NCBI GenBank assembly: GCA_963813715.1
Contig: CAWFAK010000009.1
Coordinates: 320,001-384,000 of the forward strand
DNA length: 64,000 bases
Reading direction: 5' to 3'
From: an uncultured Planctomycetaceae bacterium
GTDB lineage: Bacteria > Planctomycetota > Planctomycetia > Planctomycetales > Planctomycetaceae
Position numbers and translations under genes: made by a program. The notes below the pieces were generated by a model. It did not search any database. It worked only from the letters and a program-made list of their open reading frames with translations, and was not told the DNA's origin. Below, in pieces: positions 1 through 7,430 of this stretch; positions within the stretch are counted from its first letter, which is position 1; every line of letters starts with the position of its first letter.

Positions 1-597
1 CGTCAGTTACGGCACCATCGCGTCGTTGCGGGCAACGGCGCAGTACAACGTCCTCTATATGAACACGATCGATGCCACACCCGGCCTCAGGATCAGCGAC
101 TCGAACCTCCACTCCGCGCACGCCACGGGAACCGCACCGCCGCGCCCGCGCGCGATTCGTCCGGCACGCTGCCAAATCCCGTCGACTTGGTCACTCGCTC
201 CGACGACAATGTCGGCCAGTCTTCACCGGCGAGCTCCGCGATTTCGAACGGGCCGGCCACTCCGCAGGCCGCGGATGCCCAGCCCAGCTTCGCCACTCCC
301 GTGGTCGCGCCGACAACCATGACCGGCAGCGCCAGTCCGACGAATCCGATCATCGCCGACGAATCCTACGATCCGCCAAAGAAGAAGTGCGGCTCGCACG
401 ACCGGCCGCTCACCGGCTACGTCGACCATCCCGAAGTGCTCGATGCGCTCGTCAAAATCACCGACCAGCAATCGCCGGGTTACGGGTTCAACCAGGACCG
501 CTGGCGGAGCTGGTGGATGAACGAAAAGACCAACCGCGATTTGCAAAAACCGAACACAAACGACGGAATCGTAGCGGCCAACAAGGCCGCCAAATAA
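1..597 (+). CDS. 3' part of HEAT-repeat-like planctomycete hypothetical protein (starts before window; frameshift near 140)
   Basis: Frame 2 reads VSYGTIASLRATAQYNVLY..ATPGL, matching VSYGTVATITEPAQFGLLY..ATPGL of the next gene. Frame 1 ends DHPEVLDALVKITDQQSPGYGFNQDRWRSWW, shared with the downstream paralog. Confidence 0.7.
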   Translation, partial: RQLRHHRVVAGNGAVQRPLYEHDRCHTRPQDQRLEPPLRARHGNRTAAPARDSSGTLPNPVDLVTRSDDNVGQSSPASSAISNGPATPQAADAQPSFATPVVAPTTMTGSASPTNPIIADESYDPPKKKCGSHDRPLTGYVDHPEVLDALVKITDQQSPGYGFNQDRWRSWWMNEKTNRDLQKPNTNDGIVAANKAAK

Positions 598-632
598 TGT
601 TCCGTTCGACTTGCGTGTGTGGAGGGCAGGCC

Positions 633-1972
633 ATGCACTTGCGAAAATGCTCTCGATCCGGCGTCGTTCTGGCCGTCGGTGCGTCACTCGCGATCGGCGC
701 GGGCGCTCCGAGCCGACAACGTCAAGCTGGACGGCGGCGGCTCGCTCAGCGGCTCCGTGATGACGGGCTCGAAGGTCGTCACCGTGCGAACGGCCACCAG
801 CGGCCTGATCGTGTTCGATCGGGCCGACGTCAAACAGGTCACCCACGGCCACACCGCGGCCGCCAAGACCGCCTCGAACGCGGCCGGCGCCAAAACCCCG
901 CCGAAGAAGCGTAAGCTGACGGCCGAGGAAGAAGCCTGGATGCCCAAAGTCCGCACGTTGGTCTCGCGGCTCTTCGGCAGCGATCGCGAGCGATCGCGGC
1001 AGGCCCACAACGCGCTCCTCAACATCGACGACGTCGACGCCATTCCCGCGATCAGCACCTATCTCGCCGGCCGCCGCAACGAAGAAGCACGCCACCTTTA
1101 TCTCGTGATTCTCCATAACCTGAAAGGGCCGAAGCCCGTTTACTATCTGGTCGCGCTGTCGCTCTTCGACGAATCGCCGCAGATTCGCTCCGAGGCGCGG
1201 AAAGCGATACGCGAAGATCAGCTCGACGCGGCGCGGGTGTTGTACATCGCCGCACTGCGCTCCGGCCCCCCCAAGCTTGCGCGGATCGCGGCCATCGGCC
1301 TGGGCGAGATCGGCGATCCTCGCGGCAACTCCGTGCCGTTCTTGATCAACGCACTCGTGAGCTATGGGACCGTCGCCACGATCACGGAGCCGGCGCAGTT
1401 CGGTCTGCTCTACAGCATCACTGTCAGCGCCACGCCCGGACTCAACTTCTCCAACAATATCTTCGACAACCCGAATATTGGAGCGATTTACACCGGGCAG
1501 GGGACGTCGCCGATCACTCTGACTCAGTCCGGCATGGCCCAGGCGGAGGCGGCCCTCAAGAATGCAACCGCTCCGGGTCAATCCTTGGGAATCGGCGGCA
1601 CGATGTACGTCCGCGACGGCTTTCACGGAGGACAAAACGCCGACTTTACGCCCAATTCCAAAGGGGTACCGAACATCCAACTGCAGGAAACGCACGCCCC
1701 TTCCGGCCGCCCCACAGCGTCTTCAACCGTCGACAACTACACAATTCCGGTCTACGGGCAAACGGCGCCGCGCGCACGATCTGCGAATCCGCGGGAAGGC
1801 CGACCACCCCGAGGTGCTCGACGCCCTCCTCAAAATCACCGATCAGAAATACCCCGGTCATGGCTTCAACCAGGACCATTGGCGGAGCTGGTGGGCTAAC
1901 GAAAAGATCAATCGCGGCCTCCAGGAACGCACTCCCGACCGGCCCATTTCCGCCAACGGCACATCCCACTAA
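633..1972 (+). CDS. Secreted HEAT-repeat domain protein, paralog of upstream gene (frameshifts near 700 and 1780)
   Basis: ATG 633 after GGAGGG; signal-like MHLRKCSRSGVVLAVGASLA; HEAT-like helices (AIGLGEIGDPRGNSVPFLINAL); C-terminal HPEVLDALLKITDQ..GFNQDHWRSWW in ORF 1562..1972. Confidence 0.7.
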
Positions 1973-2129
1973 CGGCCGACGTCCGATCAGGCGGCCCTGC
2001 CCAGAACGCGGAGCCAAAAAGGACGGGATTTCTGCGAGGATGGGCTGGAAAGGTGTCGGAGGGTCGCCTTATACTCGGGAGCACAGCATGACCGCACCCG
2101 CCCTTGAATTTCGAGAGATTCGTTCCTCG

Positions 2130-2318
2130 ATGACGTCCCTGCCAAAACGCGTTTTGTATGCCTCGATGGGGTTGGCAGGGATCGTCGCGGTCGCGTGCGT
2201 TCTCGATTTTGTCGGCGGCTGGACCTTCGCCGGCCATTACGGCATGGACATCATCCTGCTGATCACCGCCGGCATCGTGATCTACCTCGGGATCGACGCC
2301 CTCGCCGAGCAGAAGTAG
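2130..2318 (+). CDS. Small two-TM membrane protein (62 aa)
   Basis: MTSLPKRVLYASMGLAGIVAVACVLDF...IILLITAGIVIYLGIDALAEQK has two hydrophobic segments and GC3-rich codons. Confidence 0.7.
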   Translation: MTSLPKRVLYASMGLAGIVAVACVLDFVGGWTFAGHYGMDIILLITAGIVIYLGIDALAEQK

Positions 2319-2370
2319 CCCGGGCTCAGCGCCGCACTCCTGCATGGTCGGATTTCCGCGACCCGTCGCC

Positions 2371-2455
2371 GAGCGGGGGGGTCAACCCCCCGAGAGAATC
2401 CGAAACCTCGACGCGCCTCTCCGTCAAAGACTCGGGGGGCTGACGCCCCCCGCTC
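2371..2455. repeat. REP doublet (REPIN-like inverted pair)
   Basis: GAGCGGGGGGGTCAACCCCCCGAG ... CTCGGGGGGCTGACGCCCCCCGCTC; each arm is a hairpin; lies between convergent genes. Confidence 0.75.
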
Positions 2456-2510
2456 AGATCTCATTGCAACCGGGCGCACGGCAGCGAATCTCAGAGCGAC
2501 GAATCGGATC

Positions 2511-3332
2511 CTACAGGAAAAAGTCCTGCATCAAATCGGCGCCGGGCGATACGGCGTACTGGCCGAAGTCTTGCACGCCTTCCGAGCGGAGCAGGTCTTC
2601 GTCGACGAAGAAGTTACCCGTGCATTCACCGCTCGGCCGCACGAGGATCGCGTGAGCCGCGTCGGCGACAATCTCCGGCTTGCGGCAATGCTTCACCGCC
2701 TCGACCCCGCCCAGCAGGTTCTGTACGGCGGCCGTGTCGATGCCCGTCCTCGGCCAAAGCGCGTTGACGGCCACCTTGCGCGAGCGAAACTCTTCGGCCA
2801 TCCCCAGCACGCACATGCTCATGCCGTACTTGGCCATCGTGTAAGCCACGTTGCCGGCAAACCACTTGGCCTGCATGTTGAGCGGCGGCGAAATGTTGAG
2901 GATGTGCGGGTTGGACGCCTTCAACAGGTACGGCAAGCAAACGCGCGACGTCAAATAGGTGCCCCGCACATTCACGCCGAACATCAGGTCGAACCGCTTG
3001 ATCTCGGTCTCGAGCGTGCCGGTGAGCTGGATGGCGCTGGCGTTATTGATGCAGATGTCGATCCCGCCGAAGGTCTCGGCCGTCTTGGCGGCGGCGGCCT
3101 GCACCTGGTCCTCGAAGCGGATGTCGGCAGCGCACGCCAGGCCGCGCCCGCCGGCCTTTTCGATCTCGCTCACGGCCGTGTGAATGGTGCCGGGGAGCCG
3201 CGGATGAGGGTCGACGGTCTTGGCGACGACAGCCACGTTGGCCCCGTCCTGCGCCGCCCGCAAAGCGATTGCCAGGCCGATTCCACGGCTCGCGCCGGTG
3301 ATAAAGAGAGTCTTGCCTTTGAGCGTGGACAT
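2511..3332 (-). CDS. SDR family oxidoreductase (HSDL2-like)
   Basis: TGASRGIG, NNAS, YTMAKYGMS (YxxxK) and HPRLPGTIH signature typical of HSDL2-like SDRs. Confidence 0.9.
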   Translation of the reverse strand: MSTLKGKTLFITGASRGIGLAIALRAAQDGANVAVVAKTVDPHPRLPGTIHTAVSEIEKAGGRGLACAADIRFEDQVQAAAAKTAETFGGIDICINNASAIQLTGTLETEIKRFDLMFGVNVRGTYLTSRVCLPYLLKASNPHILNISPPLNMQAKWFAGNVAYTMAKYGMSMCVLGMAEEFRSRKVAVNALWPRTGIDTAAVQNLLGGVEAVKHCRKPEIVADAAHAILVRPSGECTGNFFVDEDLLRSEGVQDFGQYAVSPGADLMQDFFL

Positions 3333-3423
3333 GAGGGGAACCTTCCGGAAGTGGTTGCGAAGTGAGCGCGGAACCGAGCATACCGGGGGGGCGGATTGTC
3401 TGCCAGCAACCACGGCGCGCGAT

Positions 3424-3530
3424 AATGACGAAGCACGAAGGACGAAAGAAGCACGAAGCACCAAAGCACCAATGAAAGATTTCGGGCTTAGGTCATTCGG
3501 GCATTCTTTCGTCATTCGTGCTTCGTGCTT
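3424..3530. repeat. Intergenic heptamer-based inverted repeat element (AAGCACG/CGTGCTT units)
   Basis: AATGACGAAGCACGAAGGACGAAAGAAGCACGAAGCAC ... TTCTTTCGTCATTCGTGCTTCGTGCTT; 3481-3530 recurs at 27576-27625. Confidence 0.8.
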
Positions 3531-3933
3531 GTCGGCTATCGCGAGAAGCGCTTGTCGCGCGTTGAATGATCTCAATGCGGTTCCCGAAGGGGTCGCGAAA
3601 CTCGAAACGCTCGCAGCCGGGGATCGGCACGCCGGCTTCGAGCGCGAAGCCGCGTTCGGATAGATGCGCTTGCCAGACGGCGAGGTCGTCGACGGCGAAG
3701 GCGACGTGCGCCTTGGTCGCCCGGCGATTCACGCCGTCTTCCGTGCCCACGTGCAGCTCGCGATCGCCGACCGCCAGCCAGAACCCGCCGCGCGGCTTGA
3801 GCGCGTCGGGCTTTTCGATTTCGCTCAGCCCGAGCACGCCGCAGTAAAACTCGCGCGCGGCCGCTTCTTCTCCGCGAGGCACGGTGATCTGCACGTGATC
3901 GATGCCGCGGATCGTCTGATTCTGGCCGCTCAC
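3493..3933 (-). CDS. VOC/glyoxalase family protein
   Basis: IDHVQITV, FYCGVLGL, ELHVG, HVAFAVDDL and FRDPFGNRIE motifs; GTG start; C-terminus runs into the repeat element. Confidence 0.88.
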   Translation of the reverse strand: MSGQNQTIRGIDHVQITVPRGEEAAAREFYCGVLGLSEIEKPDALKPRGGFWLAVGDRELHVGTEDGVNRRATKAHVAFAVDDLAVWQAHLSERGFALEAGVPIPGCERFEFRDPFGNRIEIIQRATSASRDSRQARSTNDERMPE

Positions 3934-3948
3934 GTACGCCCCTAGTCC

Positions 3949-5262
3949 ATGCCCCTCGTCCACATCCCTCGCCACAGGTTCGAACGTCCTCTATGGTATC
4001 ATCAACGGAATAAGCCGCCCCGAGGGCAGATTGCGAGGTCGCCCGTGTATCGATTGCCCGTGTGCCAATTAACAGTTCGCCGATTGCCTATTCTGATCGT
4101 AGCTCTGGCCGGAATGCTGCTGGCCGGCTCTCGAGCCCACGCCCAGCTCTACGAGGTCAAGCCGAGCCGCAACGATCCGAATTATCGTCGCCGGCCAGCC
4201 ACCGATCCCAACGCCCCGCCCCCCGGCGGTGTCGAGACGCGGATCAACGTCGAGATCTTCGCCGGTGCCGAGAACGCGGGGTTTGAGGCGCAGCGCTGGG
4301 AGTCGACCTTCGAGCGGGCCGGCGTCTACCTGCGGATTCGCTCCGAAATGCCCGGCGACAAGCTGTCGACCCACGAAAAGCAGCTCGGCAAGCTTCGCGA
4401 AGTCACGCTCGTCGGCCAGCTCGAACGAGACGGCTCGCTCACATTCGAGACGCGCAAGTTCAAAGCCGGCGAATCATCGGCCGTGCTCGAGTGGCTCAAT
4501 GAAATCAAGACGTACGGCGCCCAGGGAAGCCCGCGCGGCAAGGCCCTCTGGGGACTGAACAGCGACCAATTCGACGCTCTGTTTCGCGCCCTCGCCGGCC
4601 CCGTCGACCAGGAAGTCGCCGAGCTGCCGCTCGACGAGGCCATTCGCGGATTGGGCCTCCCCGAGGCTTATCCGTTCCGCATGTCGTACGGGGCGAAGCA
4701 AGTCGTCGCCAACTCGCGCGCTCGGTCGCGGCTGCAGTTGCGGGGCTTCGCCCACGGCACCGCCCTCGCCCTCTTGCTCTCGCAATATGGTCTGGGCTTT
4801 CGTCCCGAGCGAACTCCGGCGGGGAAAATCGAGCTCGTGGCGATTCCCGCCGACGATGCGACGTCGGTTTGGCCGACGGGTTGGGAAAAGCTCGAAGGCG
4901 CGTCGCCCGTCACAATCGCCCCGAAGTTGTTCCAGCAAACCCAGGTCGAACTCAAGGATCAGAAGCTGGGCGAAGTGCTCGACGCGATCGCCCAGAAGAC
5001 AAGCACGCCCGTCGTGTTGGACTACGCCAAGATCGCCGCTCGCGGGCTCGACGTGAATAGCGTCTCGGTGACCGTCGAGCGACACCGCTATGCCTGGTTC
5101 ACCCTGTTGACACGGATCACCAGCCCCTCGTTCCTATCGATCAAGGTCTGCTGCGACGAAGCCCGCAAACCGTTCGTGTGGGTCACGCCGCTGAAGAACG
5201 CCGGCGCTGTCCCCCGCCGCCGACCGGCCAGACCGGCCGCCAATGTCGATCCCCTGAACTGA
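3949..5262 (+). CDS. Secreted hypothetical protein with STN/secretin-N-like domains (true start probably near 4060)
   Basis: Signal peptide LPILIVALAGMLLAGSRAHAQ; segment VELKDQKLGEVLDAIAQKTSTPVVLD resembles STN-type domains. Confidence 0.7.
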   Translation: MPLVHIPRHRFERPLWYHQRNKPPRGQIARSPVYRLPVCQLTVRRLPILIVALAGMLLAGSRAHAQLYEVKPSRNDPNYRRRPATDPNAPPPGGVETRINVEIFAGAENAGFEAQRWESTFERAGVYLRIRSEMPGDKLSTHEKQLGKLREVTLVGQLERDGSLTFETRKFKAGESSAVLEWLNEIKTYGAQGSPRGKALWGLNSDQFDALFRALAGPVDQEVAELPLDEAIRGLGLPEAYPFRMSYGAKQVVANSRARSRLQLRGFAHGTALALLLSQYGLGFRPERTPAGKIELVAIPADDATSVWPTGWEKLEGASPVTIAPKLFQQTQVELKDQKLGEVLDAIAQKTSTPVVLDYAKIAARGLDVNSVSVTVERHRYAWFTLLTRITSPSFLSIKVCCDEARKPFVWVTPLKNAGAVPRRRPARPAANVDPLN

Positions 5263-5341
5263 AGTCGGGTGCTGCACGACGCGTCGAGGTCGGAGGGAAC
5301 GGCCGAGCCAGGGCCGGCAAACCAGATTGGATGCAGACGCC

Positions 5342-5830
5342 ATGTTCACCGGGTCGGAGATCGTCGAAGTCTATCGCGAAATGGATGTCACCCACGTCGT
5401 GGCGCTGCCGGACAGCACAATCGGCCCGTGGGAAACGGCCATCCGTGAAGCCGGCACTCCCAAGCTGATCCAGGTCTGCCGCGAGGGCGAAGCCTGGGCG
5501 ATTGCGGCCGGACTGTATCTCGGCGGGGCCCGGCCGGTGGTGATGATTCAGTGCACGGGGCTCTTTGAGTCGGGCGACGCGCTGCGGAATGTCCTCTTCG
5601 ATTACAAGATCCCGCTCTTTTCGCTGATCGGCTATCGCAGCTACTTGAGCCAGACGGCGATCCCCAATGACTCGGCCCGCACGTTCACCGAGCCAATCCT
5701 CAAAGCGTGGGGCATCGACTACCGGTTGATCGACGTGCCGAGCAAGCGCGGCGAAATCGTCTCGCATTACCGGCACTGCCAGTCGGCCGGCAAACCGGGG
5801 TGCGCGCTGATTGCCGAAGGGAAGGGCTGA
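5342..5830 (+). CDS. TPP-dependent decarboxylase alpha subunit (sulfopyruvate/phosphonopyruvate decarboxylase ComD-like)
   Basis: VVALPDS, CREGEAWAIAAGLYLGG, MIQCTGL, TEPILKAWGI. Confidence 0.85.
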   Translation: MFTGSEIVEVYREMDVTHVVALPDSTIGPWETAIREAGTPKLIQVCREGEAWAIAAGLYLGGARPVVMIQCTGLFESGDALRNVLFDYKIPLFSLIGYRSYLSQTAIPNDSARTFTEPILKAWGIDYRLIDVPSKRGEIVSHYRHCQSAGKPGCALIAEGKG

Positions 5831-5831
5831 G

Positions 5832-6437
5832 ATGTCGCACACGGCGGCTTCCGTCAAACGAATGACGCTAACCCAAGCGGTCGAGGTGCTGCACGCGGCC
5901 CGCACAGGCGAAGTCGTCGTGACGACGATGGGCAGCGCCCGCGAGTGGCAGAAGCTCGGCACAAACCGGCTCGACTTGATCTACGTGCCCTCGAGCATGG
6001 GCCAAGGGACGTCGATTGGCCTCGGCATCGCGCTCGCTCAGCCCCGGCGGCAGGTCGTCGTCTGCAGCGGCGACGGGTCGATGCTGATGAACCTGGGGTC
6101 GCTTGTCACGATCAGCGCGCAGGCGCCGGCCAATCTCATCGTCATCGTCTTCGACAACGGCGTTTATGAAGTGACCGGCGCGCAGCCGACCGCGGCCGCC
6201 CCCTTGCTTCGATCCGATTCCTCGCGCGTCGATTTCATTGCCCTGGCCCGAGCGTCTGGATTCACGCGGGTCTTCGCTTTCGACGCGGCGAACGCTTGGA
6301 AGACAGCCGTGGTCGAAGTCCTGCGCGGTGCAGGGCCGACGTTCGTGTCGCTGCACGTCGAGCCGGTGGTCGACGGCGGACTGCCGGCCTTCGCCGGTCC
6401 TGCCCCCGATCGGCGCGGGCCCTGCAAGTCGCACTGA
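5832..6437 (+). CDS. TPP-dependent decarboxylase beta subunit (ComE-like)
   Basis: SSMGQG, GDGSMLMNLGSL and FDNGVYEVTG TPP-binding motif; starts 1 nt after the alpha subunit stop. Confidence 0.85.
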   Translation: MSHTAASVKRMTLTQAVEVLHAARTGEVVVTTMGSAREWQKLGTNRLDLIYVPSSMGQGTSIGLGIALAQPRRQVVVCSGDGSMLMNLGSLVTISAQAPANLIVIVFDNGVYEVTGAQPTAAAPLLRSDSSRVDFIALARASGFTRVFAFDAANAWKTAVVEVLRGAGPTFVSLHVEPVVDGGLPAFAGPAPDRRGPCKSH

Positions 6438-6463
6438 CGCGCGGCGAGTAATCTGCTCCGCCA

Positions 6464-7144
6464 TTACGCGCGGGGGACGACGTACAGAATCACCGCGCAG
6501 TAGTGGCAGACGCTCGCGCTCATCACCAGCACGTGCCACACGGCGTGGAAGTACGGATACTTCTCATCCAGCATCAGGAACAGCGTGCCCAGCATGTAGA
6601 GCATGCCGCCCAGGAAGATGAGGAGCAGCGCCGGGGCCGGCATCACGTGCACGATCTCGTGCAGCGCGACGATCGGGATCCAGGCCAACAGCAGGTAGGC
6701 GCCCACCGACACGTTCCGCGAGCGGCGGAAGCAGACCTTGAAGAAGATGCCCAGGCACGTGAGGCCCCACATCACCAGCGTCAGTCCCCACAGCCAGCCG
6801 TGCCGAAAGTAGGAGAGGGCGAACGCGGTGAAGGTCCCGGTGATCAACAGAAAAATGCACACCTGGTCGAGCATGCGGAAGAAGGTCCGCATGGGCGGCG
6901 TGCGGAACGTGTGCGAGAGGGTCGAGGCGGCATAAAGCGCGACGAGCGACCCGGCATAGATACAACAGCCGACGAACTGCAGCGGGTCGCTGTGCTGGCG
7001 GGCCGAGTTCAACAGGATGGCGGCCCCCACGATGCTGAGGAGGAGCCCTGCTCCGTGGGTCAACTGGTTGGCCGTCTCCTCGGTAAGATCCAGCGTTTGT
7101 GCGCCCGCCTCGGTCAGGCTCCGCGGTTCGACCATGCCCGTCAT
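6464..7144 (-). CDS. Hemolysin III / PAQR family membrane protein
   Basis: EETANQLTHG, STLSH, LDQVCIFLLITGTFT, YFHAVWHVLV; seven hydrophobic segments. Confidence 0.92.
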   Translation of the reverse strand: MTGMVEPRSLTEAGAQTLDLTEETANQLTHGAGLLLSIVGAAILLNSARQHSDPLQFVGCCIYAGSLVALYAASTLSHTFRTPPMRTFFRMLDQVCIFLLITGTFTAFALSYFRHGWLWGLTLVMWGLTCLGIFFKVCFRRSRNVSVGAYLLLAWIPIVALHEIVHVMPAPALLLIFLGGMLYMLGTLFLMLDEKYPYFHAVWHVLVMSASVCHYCAVILYVVPRA

Positions 7145-7430
7145 CGAGGTTGTTCCTTTGGATAAGTTTACGCCGAGCGGCGGACGGAGGGGGGCCGCAT
7201 TTTATTGATATCGGCACTCGAAACCAGGGGAATTGAATGTGAGAGCGGCAACTCCTGACGCCGTCAGGTTTTCAGCACGGCAAATTCTCGCGGATGAGAA
7301 CTGGCCTTTCCGCGAAAGGCGTTTTTGGTTGTAATCCCCGCCCGCTGGCGGTCATGCGGACCTCATTTCGATTGCGTCCGCGAGACGGAGCCGACCGCCA
7401 CCACCCGTCCATTACCCCAGGGGATCTCCC

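Noticed and set aside
7270..7330. Possible c-di-GMP-I riboswitch (GGCAAA followed by hairpins) upstream of the Cys-rich gene
   Set aside because: Lacks the GNRA-capped P2 and the following GACGCAAAG-type junction; only generic small hairpins are present.
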